Source of the DNA: Harriotta raleighana
Lineage: Eukaryota
Length of the DNA stretch: 64,000 nucleotides
Direction of reading: 5' to 3'
Assembly (NCBI GenBank): GCA_050575255.1
Contig: JBNZDD010013718.1
Span: 7,370,579-7,434,578 of the forward strand
The translations under genes were made by a program, and so were the position numbers. The notes under the pieces were generated by a model. That model was not told the DNA's origin, did not search any database, and saw only the letters and a list, made by a program, of their open reading frames with translations. The number at the start of each line of letters is the position of its first letter. Positions within the stretch are counted from its first letter, which is position 1. This document shows, in pieces, positions 1-13,427 of the stretch.

Positions 1-1074
1 CTCAACAACAAGGTAAGGCAATAGATTAATTGCAAGGATTATTTTTATGAATACTGTTACAGTATTTGGAATTTATCCTTCTTGCACTTTATTCACATTG
101 CTGAATTGGAATAGTATTAATTGGGTTTACAATGGGCGAGGACTGACTCCTCAGTAATCCATGGCAATTTATAGGTGCACACATGTTCTGATGCATGTAA
201 ACTAAAGCCCTAATGGTGTAAATAAAGTCTTAATAATTGTCTCAGCTGGACAAGTCCTTTACCATTTATATTGCAACCACTGCAAATCCACTGCTCCAAA
301 ATCACTTCCTCTCGACTGTGTTAGAAGTCTAGCTCCACAGAAATTCACTCTGGCTCAACCCTGATTTTTGTCCCCACGTTTAGCCCGCACAATTGCTGAT
401 TATCAGGTCTAAACCTTTGCTGAACATACTGCACACAACTTCTTTTGTTTATGTATATATGTACACAATCTCCTCAAGCCATGTGAGAAATCACAAGGGA
501 CACTGTTCAAGATTCAGTAAAGGGATGTAAAATGGTTGCCATCTTCTCAAAACAACATTTTGGTGTGGGAACATTTTAAAAAAAACTGATGTAAAACAAC
601 AGACACCTAAAAATAAATTCCACTGTACTTTAGTGCTTGACTGGGACTGTTAATTTGCTTTAGCAACCATCTATAATAAAATGAATTAATTCAGTACTAA
701 CTTCTGCCCTTGTGAATAATGTATCATGTGTGCAAGCTCTCTATTTGACCCATGGGCAATTACTCATAAGTACCACCAATGTGGGATCCTCAGCAACCAA
801 ACCCCAAGGCACCTACAGAATATCAATAAAATCTCCATGTCATTATGCTTCCATTCCAAATCATCTTTACGCATATCACTTCATTGCAAGGACGCAATAA
901 AGTGAAATGGAGTTCAACAAAAAGAATTACATTTTCAAATGGAAACTATGCACGCTGTTGTTTTGCTGAAACCACGTTATTAATGTGTAAAATGTCCTGG
1001 TTTACCATGACAATGTTAATTTTTTTCCCCTCCTTTTCACTTGCACAAATTGTTAGAATGCAATTAGAAAATTA

Positions 1075-1552
1075 GAGCCAGTTTTCGTCACCCCACGTTA
1101 GAAAGGATGTCCAGGACACAGAGAGAATGCAGGAGAGATTTACTTGATTTAAGAGCAGACACTGGAGTGGAACCAAGTGCTTTAAGGGAGATCAGATATG
1201 TTCTTTGGAATTATAAGGGGTTTTGTTAGAGTGAACTAGCATATATTTCCATTGCTGGTGAGTCAGTGACTGCAGACTTAACATAATTAACAACGGAACA
1301 AAGAGGAGATTGGGAAGTTTTTTTATATAAATGCTGAAGGTTGTTGGGATAGGAAATGCATTGCTCAAAGCACTTGTTGAGGCAGGATCCATAACCACTT
1401 TTAGGAAGGAATAAGATAGATATCTAAAACAGAGTAATTTGCAGGGGTATGGGATGAGGAAAGGCAAATAAATGAGGATGGATCTTTCCAAGAGTCAGCA
1501 CAGATTTGAGAGACAAATGGCTTTCTTCTGAGTTATAATTTCTACAATTCTA
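1075..1552 (+). mobile_element. Degenerate CR1 LINE 3' fragment (RT C-terminus and 3' UTR)
   Basis: cagttttcgtcaccccac...agaaaggatgtc...gagagaatgcaggagagattt resembles QFWSP..RKD...ERVQRRF, followed by a CR1-type 3' end (aatggctttcttctg...ttctacaattcta). Confidence 0.7.
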
Positions 1553-2269
1553 ATCAGATTGTTGTCACCCCCTTTAATACATTGATCTGGAAGGCAGTGA
1601 GTATTTTACATTTAAAATGGACGCAGATATGCCAGAGGCAGAAATCTCTATCAAGCAGATGTTTCTCACAAATTTAACGTCCAAGTTTGGTCTTCTGCAG
1701 CATCAGATGTCTGAATCACAGAAGTGCTGTAACCAGCAGTCATGTATTTATTCCAGTGATATGGATGCAGCTTCACAATCTTGTTTAACCACATATGGAA
1801 AGGCTGAATGCTTTACGTTTTGAGTGCCCCAGCATTTCCCATCCACCACTGCTGAACTGCTGTTTTTCTTCCAACATTATTTCTGGAACAATTGTTGTGT
1901 AGTTAGAGGAGGTTTTCAAAAATATTGAAATATTTCACAACACGATTATCTGAACACAGTTTTAACAGTAGACTTGGGACGACAGCTGAGGGACAGAAGA
2001 GCACTTTATGGTACAGAATTGTCCTAGCCTGAAACATTCATCTTCATTCAGTGATCCTTAATTACACACAAGACCAAAACTACTGGAACACATTAAAAAA
2101 TCAAAAGAAACACGTTTTGGTACTCAACAAAATGATCCTTATAAAGATATAGTGAAAGGATAGTTATGTTCAGCATATTATGGACCACAATAAAAGTATC
2201 CAATCAATATGTAAAGAACTTTTCTTCCCATTCCCACAAGCCAAGCTCATCTATGCTGCTTTGAAGGCT

Positions 2270-2345
2270 GAACAACTGGGCGACACTCAATGGCAAGGCT
2301 CACAAAGGTTCAATGGCCACTTGGTGGAGGGATGAGAGGGTGACC
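2270..2345 (+). mobile_element. LF-SINE 3' fragment
   Basis: gcgacactcaatggcaaggctcaca...aatggccacttggtggagg resembles the recalled LF-SINE segment ccgacactcactgtctaggctcacacatgaagaatggccacttgggcgagg. Confidence 0.55.
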
Positions 2346-2486
2346 TCTGGATAAAAATAACAATTGATACTATCAGACTGAAAAGCCTGTCACATCATTC
2401 GATTACGCAGGACTAATGTTTCATTCCCACATCCAAAATCACAATTAGTATTCCTAGTACTGTAATTTAGTTCTATTCCATCTTAC

Positions 2487-2558
2487 CTCTGAGCTAATAA
2501 GTCGGAGAATAAGCCCCACTGTTGGTTTGGTGTTGAACACTGTTCGCAAACTGGTGCC
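2487..2558 (-). CDS. CCDC33: CCDC33 coding exon 12 (GTSLRTVFNTKPTVGLILRLISSE); the gene continues beyond the window start
   Basis: Acceptor tgtgttttgcacag|, donor gag|gtaaga, 72 nt, phase 0 to 0. Matches recalled TSLKTIN..PTVALSFQLLSSE. Confidence 0.9.
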
Positions 2559-3157
2559 CTGTGCAAAACACAAGTTATTAAACATTAGCTGGCATAAACA
2601 AAGGGAAACTCCACCAAATGCATTGTTACCATAAACTCAAGGAAGGGGTTATGGTAAAGAAGTTTGACTTATTTAAGGCTATTTTTCTTTGATTAAAGAG
2701 ATTTGGAGGAAGGAAGTCCATTTGACCTGATACTTCCAGAGCAGGCACCAAACCATCTCCCATTTGAGCAATAAGTCATTTCTTGAATGATTCGTGTTAC
2801 CTTAACACTGTTCCTGATAACCCCATATACTATCCTCTTCTGTGAAATACTTTTGTAGCATTATATACTTTCTAACACAATATCACAACAGCAGCATCAT
2901 TTACATGAATTACATTAAAAATATCTAAGCATCACCATTCCTAATGAAATAATAATCCTTGTATTTGACAATGTTCAGCTCCTTGGGATGTCCTCTTGAC
3001 ATGAAAGGCGCTATATAAATGTAAATTTGATTGATTTTTTTGATTGATTGGTGTTTTATCACATGGTCAAAATGTCTCAAAGTCTTCAAATAACTTACTG
3101 CAAAGTGTGATGACTGTATATTTTAGGTAAAATGCATGTTCGCCACATGCAACTCAC

Positions 3158-3291
3158 CTGGACAGGTAGGTTATCCACACGCATGCCATGTCTCCCGTGC
3201 TCGGCCATTAACTTGTGATAAATGTCTTGATTCAGGGGAACCACTGAGAACCCAAGTGGGCAGCGGATATGCCAGCTCACATTGTTCACCA
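3158..3291 (-). CDS. CCDC33: CCDC33 coding exon 11 (VVNNVSWHIRCPLGFSVVPLNQDIYHKLMAEHGRHGMRVDNLPVQ)
   Basis: Acceptor ctttgtcaaaactag|, donor cag|gtgagt, 134 nt, phase 1 to 0. Matches recalled PLGISVLPL..LYQKML..GLHVERLP. Confidence 0.92.
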
Positions 3292-4018
3292 CTAGTTTTG
3301 ACAAAGATAGAATATTTGTTTTGAATTAAACAGCAATAAGCAGGTTTTTCATTTTTAAATTGAGGAAAATTTCCACAGGTTTTAATAATAATCAATTTCT
3401 TGAATGATGGTGCATTATATATTTTATGAAATCCGTTGGCATATCAGGAATAGGAGACCTTAGAGAATTATTTATATTTAGGAAAAGCCAACAATTGAAG
3501 ATTGGCAGGACCAGAATTTCCCTGGAGACGAGTGAAAACAGGAATTGAACAAATTAGATCAGGGTAGATGCATTATAGTGCGTTAAAATACTTCAAATTT
3601 GGGCCAGGTTTCATTGAAGCAGAGAAGTTTAAGGAGCAGCTCGTGGAGGTTTTCAAAATACTGTACATTTTTGTTAAACTACTGATCAATAAATCAGTAA
3701 CAATAGTTGAGAATTTAAGACATGTCTAACAGCTTTTAAAGGGGCAATGGTTAAACAGAAGGAAAAACATTAAAAGGTGAAGGAACAAAACCGGGACAAA
3801 TAGCTCTAGTGGGGAATGAGCAGTAGCCCAAACACAAAGGACAGAGTCACCTCCTATGTTTATAGAATAAAGCAACAAAAACAGTTCAGTACTTGTCAAT
3901 TTTTTAACCAAATCACCTATCCTTGCATTATGTTAGTGCCATTTAACGGGAACATCCAAAGTGTGTTGGAAGTCCACAGTGCACATAATAGACATCAACT
4001 TCCTGAGGAAAGTGATTA

Positions 4019-4550
<532 letters not shown>

Positions 4551-6334
4551 ATGTAGCTTTTAAAAAACAAAATTCTACATGTTAATACATTTTACCGTCT
4601 TGGTCTTTTGGATAACTGCATGTCAGGAGTGATCCAGTTGAGATCCACCTCCCCCTACTCTCCACACTATCTGTATGTGTGCACACACAGACAGACATAG
4701 ATCAGTCAGGAGGGCCAGGTACTGGAGGCTATCTGGGGCTGCACCCTCCAGATGAAAGGAAAAGCAGTTAAATGATTCAGCAAAGGACGAGGGTAGAAAA
4801 TTGGCAGAATGTAAAACTAGCGTTGGGTTGTTGTATTAATCATTGGTTGAAATTACAATTATAGATTTATTTCACAAAAAACACATGAAATGAAAAATCA
4901 ATGTGCTGCCTTGACATGCAGCTAGCGCTGTCACTGTTAACCTTATCTCATTGAAATGCCACCCACTGCAGCCAGGGGACCCCTGCAGAACCCTGGGAAA
5001 ACACTATTGCTGGTGACAGTTCCTGGGCCCCAAGGGCTGGATGAGTAGATGCAACAAAGTGTGATTGCAATGAATTATGAATGGAGGTCACTGCCTCCAT
5101 CATATCAGTCTACCACCAGTAATTGCAGGCAACATTGCAGAACATGACAGAGAGGCTACATATGAGCTGTATGTTAAGATTTTTAGTGTCCTGATTTTGC
5201 AGTAGGAGAACAAGATTTAATGTCAATGTGACTTGGAACACCAACTTAAAATGGCTTGCTTCACACTACCTCTGAACTCTTGCATTCCTACTCCTCTGCT
5301 TCACATCTCTCATTGGCAGTCAAGCCTTCAGCCACCTTGCCCCACACACAAACTCTCTCCTCATCTCAATCTGTCGCCTTAGCCGACTCCTTGATCCCAT
5401 GCCTTGCTTCAGCCATTTGCAATCGAGATGGCCCAAACTAGCAATGATCAACATTAATGCTGGCACAAGCACGTCTATCAGGAAGTGCGTGCCAGACACA
5501 CAAGAAAGCTGGGGCCCAACATTCCACCCGATCTAGACATTTTTAATGATGTTAGGATTTTGCACAAATTCTTGAATGTAATTTCTTAATTTGGTAGTTG
5601 GTTCTGCTGAAAACCACATTTCCAAATTAAATCCGAATGTGAGACTTTGCCACAATGCTGCACCATTGTAAATTGTAAGACTAGCTGATCTCTCAGGCAA
5701 CCATTCCAATAATCCAAAAGAGATTGCCAATACAAACTACGGTTTTTCAAATGTCAAGTAATCGTGAGACATTTGAACTGTGGCCTTTTTCCATAGACTT
5801 TTGAGTATTCTAGAGTTTCACTTCACATAAGCCGGCAACTAAACTGCACTTTACCGTGGTGCCCGATTACAAAGGAAACGTTCAGAAAATATCAAGCCTG
5901 GGGCAAAAATCAGTCAGGAGTAAAATTATAACATGTCTAAAATTGGTAGTGCAGCAAACGCATTTTTAAAAATAGACTAAGGAATGTTTTAAAAGGCAGT
6001 GTGAAATATAGAGGTATTTCGAACGGGTTCCTATTGAGCAAGAATTTGCACAACATTAAAAATATCTGTTAGGACCAACAGATGTGCTGTGGAATCCCAC
6101 GTGGAATGCCACGCCCAGCAAATGAGTAGCACGTCTTTCACAAAAGTTCTTGTGGTCGTCACACTCACATTACATGCAAGAAATCTTTCATGATTCGTAT
6201 TCAAACTGGAGCACTGGAAAAGATTGATTGTGTCAAATGAAGTACCCTGCATTAAACCCGGCTGAAAGCTACTGGATATAAAAGGGACAACTTCTAAGAA
6301 AAAGCCAATGTAGAAAGTTCCTTAATTGTGCAGA

Positions 6335-6600
6335 AAGAGGGATTTGGCTACATTAACCCATACAGATCAGAGTCACGGGATCAAATTCCGCTCAGTGCTG
6401 AGTTAGCTCAACTCAGACAGGACAGCACTGGTCTACAATCAGTTTCTTCGCTATTGAGTGAAGAATGGCAACATTAGCTAAAGTTCCCCACTGCCAATTG
6501 CTAAAGAGATTCTGCAGACTCTGCATATACGAATGTTGGGTGAAGACAGGATCAGGCGCAGCCAATATGGCATGGATCCTTTCACAAAGGATTTTATGGC
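6335..6600 (+). mobile_element. LF-SINE-like element
   Basis: gtgctgagttagctcaactcag...ctacaat...gggtgaagacaggatcaggc matches recalled LF-SINE core motifs. Confidence 0.65.
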
Positions 6601-7466
6601 GATCATTCCACAATAGATAGTGGTCATACAGCCAAAATGCTTTTACAATATAACATCCATTTATGTAAAGACTTTAATTTTGTGAGATACCTCGAAGGAG
6701 GGGGCAAGCCGGAGGGACCCTGGGATAAAGTTCCTGAGATCGGGGGCAGAAGGCTGAAAGTTCACCCTCTGATAAAATGTGATACATTGGCTAGAGGCAC
6801 AAACAAAGCAAACAAAGAATTTTTAATATCCGGACTGGTTCAATTTTATAACTGATTCTTTGATTTTAAAAAGCAGTTAGTCAATGACCAAGACTTTGAA
6901 GTTCTTACTGTGCAACTGCCCATAAATCAGCACTAATTGGTGGCCTCACTTAAAGAGGCAACAGAGAGGACTGGCATTGGCTTGAAAAGGAAGAGAAGGA
7001 AAGACTGAGGGAGCTGAGGAGATTTGCGGTTTTTAGACAGTGGGTCTTGGATATGAGTCATGGTTTGGAAACAGTTTGAGACAATCCTGATTCCAAGCTA
7101 AACTCTTCAGAAATAACTCAGCAAGAACATTTTTAAGCTGTTTGCACATATTTTTGGTAAACCCCGCCTCATATCTGTAAGTACACATTTGCTCTACGTT
7201 GTGGGACTGTTATTCTATTTGTACAATCAGCCCCTCAGTTCCACATAGATGGTACTTGTGCTTTTCTCTCTGAAGTGCCATAAATGTCACATTGTTAGTG
7301 TCCTGTGCTTTATTACAGTCACACTAAATGTCTCTTTGGGGAAATCCTTTAGACACAATAGCATTCATTATTCCCACTGTCAGTGGCCGTTTGCATTACA
7401 ACTAGAAGGGGATTCGGCTGCAGGAGAATACACATCAATTCCAGCTTCATTGAAAAACTTTCTATT

Positions 7467-7530
7467 TAACAACAACAATATTACATTTGTATAGCGCCTT
7501 TCACATCAGGAGGATGTCCCAAGACTCTGG
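7467..7530 (-). mobile_element. Solo L2 3' tail (family A)
   Basis: Reverse complement of ggacatcctcctgatgtgaaaggcgctatacaaatgtaatattgttgttgtt. Confidence 0.75.
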
Positions 7531-7534
7531 ACAA

Positions 7535-8238
7535 TCAGACAACCTAGGCGTCAGGTTTGATCACCAACTGTGCTTCCTCCCTCACATTCGGTCCCTCACC
7601 AGCACCACCTTCTTCTACCTCAGATGGATCACCCGTCTCCAGCAATACCTCACCCCAAAAGCCGTTGGTCCACTTCTTTGTTACCTCTCGGCTGGACTCT
7701 TGCAATGCCCTCCTCTCTGGTCTCCCCTCCTCCACAATCCACAGAGTCCAGCTTATCCAGAATTCTGCCGCTTGTGTTCTCACCCGTACCAAACTTCGCT
7801 CCCTGATTACCCCAGTCCTCGCTGGCTCCCTATCCCAGAAAAGATTGATTTCAAAAATCTCATCCTTGTCTTCAAATCCCTCCACTCCTCTGTACCCCAC
7901 CAACTCTCTGACCTCCTCTCTCCTCAAACCAGCATCCGTTGCCTTCACTCCACTGGGTCTGGCCTCCTCTATGTCCTTCGATTCCTCCGCTCCACCCGCA
8001 GTGGCCGTGCCTTCAGCCATTATCCCCGAGGCTCTGGAATTCCCTTTCTCAATCCCTCCGCCTCGCACCCTCTTTTCCCAGCTTCAGATCCCAGTTGAAG
8101 ACTTTTCTCTTCGATTGCACCTTTGGTCATCTTTCTACTTCTGCCTCTGGCTCGATCCCGGGATCTGCTATTGTCAAGTGCTCTGAGACGCCGTCCCGTG
8201 TGGAGGGCGCTATATAAATCAAAGTTGATGCTGTTGTT
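7535..8238 (+). mobile_element. L2 LINE 3' fragment (frameshifted RT C-terminal region and tail, family B)
   Basis: Frames give [33 protein letters not shown]...QLIQNSAA and [18 protein letters not shown]. Tail tgtggagggcgctatataaatcaaagttg. Confidence 0.9.
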
Positions 8239-11200
8239 TTTTCAGACTGTATTTTTAAGACTGCATCTGAGAAGGTGGCACTGACTTATTTTTAAATCTT
8301 GTCCAAAGTCAGGCAAGCAGCAGTGAGTTACATTTTGTAGATATGTAATACACCCTGGATAAGAACACATAGGTCTAATTTGTAATATTTCTTAACATGA
8401 TTAAGATAAGGCATCCTGTTAGAATGTCCATCAGCAGAAGTATCAATGAGTTGCTCCTGTAGCTCAGGAGAACATAGTTCCAGTTACAGGATGTACGATT
8501 AATTTGCTTGATTTGGTTTCATTGAATTGCCATCAATACCACCCACCGTGATGTCTCACTGCAACATGCTGTGGGTTAAAGAGTCCAAAGCGATGCCAAT
8601 CCACAAAGATTGATGGACCAAGAAACCACAGGATTCTTATGTAGAACACGTTTGCTACAACGGGATTCTTATATGATATGGGCCAGTTCAAGATAAATGA
8701 GAAAAATATGCATGAAACTCTTTCAGAATGCAAACTGAAGACCATTTGTCTCTTTAGAGGTGTACAGACCAGTATTATGGAGAAACATAGGAGAAAAATC
8801 AATCTTATACCAATGTGATTACCATTGACCATTGACCTATCTAGTAACATAGAATTTCAGACTCATAAATACTGGCATTTTGGTTGAGATATCAGGTTGT
8901 GAGGCTTAACGGTCAATAGTTATCCCTTGGTTATGCCTCTTTTTTCTCTGTGTCTCTTAAGTTTTTCTCTATGTCTCTTAAATCTGGATGTCATCCCGAC
9001 GTGAAAGGCGCTCTATAAATGCAATTTTTGTTGTTGTTGTTATACTGCTGCAGTCAGCATAGTCATAGTCAATTTCCTCATGCATCAGAAGGCAACCACT
9101 CTTTCAAGATTACTCTATAAATCAGCCTACAGTAGGTTTATTCACCATAGACTGGGGCAGAATGTTAATTTATTGAAGGGAGAAGATTAACACTAAACAG
9201 CTCCTCTACTGTTCCCAAGGCATAGCATCAATTCCAGTATAAAGAGCACACCTCAACCATTGCATTTGGATGGAATTTTTTTAAACACACACTGAGAAAC
9301 CCATGTGAAGATCTAAGCACCCTAAAGCTGTAAACTATCACCCTGAACAGGAGAGAGAGTGAGGTAAATCAGGCAGCAGTTAGGCAATTCCAAGCTTGTG
9401 TTTTTGAAAGCCTGTAGATTGTGAGAGGAAGGGAAGACTAGGGGATATGCAAAGTTTCCATATCTACATTTAGAGGTTCTGGGAATGACTAAGTTAGCAA
9501 TGAAGATGCATTACAATTTCCTCAGGAGTAGGCAGGGAGGAGCTTTTAAAAAGAATGTTAAAGATTGAAAAGGACTCTAGCAGGGCAATTTTAACAGTCC
9601 ATTTTTTTGACAAGCAGAGAATTTACATTCTAATTCCCTAATGTATAGTTCACTGTACTCAGACTGTGGGATGAGATTAAAAACTTGCTCTGGTCTGTAT
9701 GGCCCAGTTCCACATTTAGCAGTGCACTTTTCAGTTCAGGAACCGTTAAAATTCATGAAATCACCTGAATATCCTGAACTAGATCACTCTACTGGAAATA
9801 TTTTCAACATTGAACCTGCGTAAAAATTAGATATTTATATTGCAAACCCCCAGCAATTTGGGGCTTGTTGCTATGCAAGAATTTGCTGTGCAACTCTAGA
9901 ATTCATGCTCTAACCATCTGCTAATCTATCTGACACTCACAACTGGAACATGATGAGTATACAGGTGAGATACACTTTGAAATTGTCAAACAACAGCTCG
10001 TGTCTAAACAAGAAACAAAATGGATGCAAAAATAACTTCCACCACATTGTATAAGCTATTTTTCAGGAAAAGCAAGGAATAAGGAAACCTAATATGTGAT
10101 GATTTCTAACAGGATTCCACAGCAAGGTAATCCATTACAGTGTCTCACGGGAAGTCTATTCGGAAGATCTACGTTAGATCAGTGGGTCAGTGTGAAGGAA
10201 TTCTAGTTATCAGAAGGAACACTGGCTTGGTTTTCTGAATTGTGTTAGAAATTATCGTGTGTTAGATCCCAACGTGTGCAAGTGAAAATTCCGGCAGCAA
10301 TATGTTAAGTTGCTGCCACATCATTACCATGGCATTAATTCAGCTTGGCATCTTGTCAAAATAGAAGCTTGCCCCAAATGCCTGATTCTAAACACGGGTT
10401 TTCATAAGCAGAATTTGAACATATTTTCTAAAAAAAAGATAATCGTGAATAAAAAGTAGTTCCACTCCAAATTCAACAATGTTTGGGCTAAGTAGCTATG
10501 TCGAAATCACCCATTTCTCTGTTATATCTCCCCACACATCCTCCATTCTCCTAAAAACTGTAGCTCTCAATAATGCCATGAATAAGGCCATTGGAAATGT
10601 AAATTGTTTACCTAGCTGTGGTTTCCAATATTAACATTTCTCACTTGTGAATTTCACTTCCTCTGAAGTGAAATTAAAAATAATTTTATCTTCAATTGGC
10701 CATTCCCAAATCTTATAACGTTTCCTACACACTCTCCTTTGCTAGCATCCCACGTATGACTCAGTCAGTAAAGCATCATGTTCAATCCCCAGTCTATGCT
10801 GTGTTGGTTATTCTTACTGGCTAATCAGCCCTTCCTCACCTCCTTCAAAACCAATCTCAAGAACCTCATCTTTGATCGTGTCTTTGGACACCTTCCTACT
10901 CCTAATCCCTCCCCCTCCATCCCTCCTGGTCGCAACCAGCCCGAGTGCGGATCTAGCTTTATGAAGCTAAGCTGCAACAGATCTTGTTTGGGAGAGGGGT
11001 TTATGATCAAATTAATTAAACACAGATCCAAATCATTGATTTAATCTGAAAATAAAAGTATGAAATTACTTTCCCATGTAATTTTTACTCCGACAATCTG
11101 GATGTCGCTAGGTGTGCTTTAAAGCAATGGGTCACTGACCTCCAACACCTTTGACTGATCCAGTGGTCAAAGATCCTTTCATTCCTGCAGGAAAGAGGCT

Positions 11201-11394
11201 GTGGTCATAACAGTCTAAATTACTCACGCCCATCAATCTGATCTTCCTGAAAAATGCATATGAAGCATCAGAGACTAATAGAAAGTGACAGTAAAATGCC
11301 TAATCCCCAGTGCATGCTGGGCAAACAGCAGCACTGTAAATAAAACAAACACAGCAATGAAACATAAAACTAGTCGCATCTGTGTTAGGATTAC

Positions 11395-11638
11395 AGACAT
11401 AATGGGGTCTAATATTGCGGACTTGGAAATCAGAATTGTTGCACTATTCGGGCTTGCGCTACACGGTTGAGATTTTAACCAAAGGCCGATTTGCAAATCA
11501 AACGAGTTGACAAAAGCACCCAAACAAACAATTGCTTTGTCCTTGTTGGATGCTCTTGACTGTAAAAACAAGCAAAAAACAGAGCCGAGATAGCAATTTT
11601 CGCCTAAGAAATATTGCATTTTAGATCCCATTATATCT
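11395..11638. mobile_element. Possible MITE/foldback element with ~23-bp imperfect terminal inverted repeats
   Basis: Left end agacataatggggtctaatattgc; reverse complement of right end agatataatgggatctaaaatgc. Confidence 0.45.
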
Positions 11639-12324
11639 AGAAAATATAACTTTTTAATTGACTATCTCCCCCTTTCCCCTTACTGTAGATAAATGTATTT
11701 TCCGACAAAGTAGTATCATCAGTTCTGTCATATCTGGAATCAAATACTATTGTGGTCGATTGTGACCTATTGTTTGAATTTTAAAAACTTCAATGCTGGA
11801 GATTCCTATCACACCACAGGTGATCCTGAATTGCTCTCCTCCAGAACTCCGAAACAACAGCTGATCCTAGTTGGACCAGATTGCGGTGTCTTTGTCTGTG
11901 CCTTTTAGTCCACACTGCCTGTTATCTTATGCCCCATCCTGTGCTAAGCCTCAGCTCACTGCCCCATCTGTTGCTACCTTGCTTGGTGGCGTCAACAACT
12001 GCTACCTTTTTTGCTCCCGTTATCTCTTCTTTCAGTGACCAAACCTTCTATTTAAAAAAATTCAAAACCTACTCGTATTAAATAGCTGAAAACTTGACAA
12101 GTTTTATTATATATAAATAATTATATCAATTATAAATAATACTCTGATACATCTTAAACCAATATGCTATGTTTTCACTTCTGTTTTCTCTTCTGAACTT
12201 CTCTTTTATTACCAGAAGGAGTCTCTGTTTTGGTATCAATATTAAAGAATATTATTAGAAATCATATTAGATCCTTCTCTCCCACATTAAATCGGACTGT
12301 ACTTCTGTTTCTCTAGCTACGTAC

Positions 12325-12445
12325 CTGAGGGTAACTGTGGTTTGTATAGTCAAGAACCTCAAATGAAGATCGGGGTGGATTTGGGTATTTTACTGCTGTG
12401 GCAGTGATGCTTGCCAATCTGGAAGTCTTCATTAACATTTCATCT
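12325..12445 (-). CDS. CCDC33: CCDC33 coding exon 9 (DEMLMKTSRLASITATAVKYPNPPRSSFEVLDYTNHSYPQ)
   Basis: Acceptor ttttttcctcaatag|, donor cag|gtacgt, 121 nt, phase 2 to 0. Ends in PQ as in the recalled orthologue and fits the phases of both neighbours. Confidence 0.88.
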
Positions 12446-12709
12446 CTATTGAGGAAAAAAAGTTAAATTTAGACACTTAGCGTTATTGTTTAACCTTCAC
12501 TCTTTGTCCTCCTCTGTCATGGTCAATTCACCAGCGATGTGATTGGCGATAACAAAAATATTTCTGTGATTACGCTCTGATGAATTATAGGAATTTACAG
12601 AACAGGAAGCCACTATTGAAACCATCATGTTTGGCTCTCTGGAAAAGCCATCTGTGTGTAGTCACATGCCTCTGCTTTTTCAAGGAAACTACCGAGGTGC
12701 AATACTTAC

Positions 12710-12801
12710 ACGAAGGATTCACAGTTAGGCACTATCCGAGCTACAACAAGAAGTGGACCTACAGGGTCCTTCAATGGTCTCTCTAATCCCCGTACAAGAA
12801 C
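12710..12801 (-). CDS. CCDC33: CCDC33 coding exon 8 (VLVRGLERPLKDPVGPLLVVARIVPNCESFV)
   Basis: Acceptor gtgttgttttcag|, donor gt|gtaagt, 92 nt, phase 0 to 2. Matches recalled IFLRGVNEPL...PIVVIARVVPNY. Confidence 0.92.
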
Positions 12802-12835
12802 CTGAAAACAACACATGGGAAATCAACACCAAACA

Positions 12836-13170
12836 GATAATAATCCTTGCATTTTTGATGCAGCACGATTCACATCTTCTAGACATCTCAATGCGCTTCA
12901 CAGAATATACTGCAAGGTGAATTGACTGTATACTTTGTGGGCGAAATGTGGTAGCCAATTACACACAGGCAGTGTCCCACAAACAGTCGTGGAATGAGAT
13001 GACCAATTTATTATTACCAATTTATTAACAACTGAGATATGGATCACAGACACCAGGTGAAATTCCCTTCTCAAACATAGCACTGAAGGATTTTTAACGC
13101 CCACCTGAACAGAAAGGCAGACGTTAGCTTTAACATCACCTCCAGTTCCACAGTTAAAAGCCTCACTGAC
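12836..13170 (-). mobile_element. SINE relic: Deu-domain segment joined to the 3' half of the abundant tRNA-SINE
   Basis: 12836-13020 is SINE body and tail (taatccttgcattt...gtgtcccacaaacagtcgtgga). 13030-13170 is Deu-like (gacaccaggtgaaattcccttctc...ggatttttaacgcccacctgaacag...tttaacatc). Confidence 0.65.
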
Positions 13171-13325
13171 TATTGATTTCAACTGTGAAGATGCAAAGAG
13201 AAGGAGCACCTAGTTTATGCATTTATGCACCGATCGCATTCCACCAAAGAGCAGTTACGTTTATTGAGATTTACATATAGTTTGGGGATGAATATCCCTT
13301 TCCTTAACCTAAAATCATACCGCAC

Positions 13326-13427
13326 CTCAAACCCAGTGAAAGCAAATCCCTCTTGACGTGGTATGACACTACTCTTCCGAACAAGTGTGGCATATAGATG
13401 GACTCCGGAGGGCACATTGACGTGAGG
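13326..13427 (-). CDS. CCDC33: CCDC33 coding exon 7 (PHVNVPSGVHLYATLVRKSSVIPRQEGFAFTGFE)
   Basis: Acceptor gtttttactccag|, donor gag|gtgcgg, 102 nt, phase 0 to 0. LYATxVRKSSxIPR motif. Confidence 0.92.

Noticed and set aside
1-2486. Search for the next CCDC33 exon (RPENFL...LP.LDP-like)
   Set aside because: No matching exon found by eye; it probably lies outside the window.
7487-8217. Longest ORFs in the track (203, 209 and 174 aa)
   Set aside because: Overlapping frames of a frameshifted L2 retrotransposon fragment, not a host gene.
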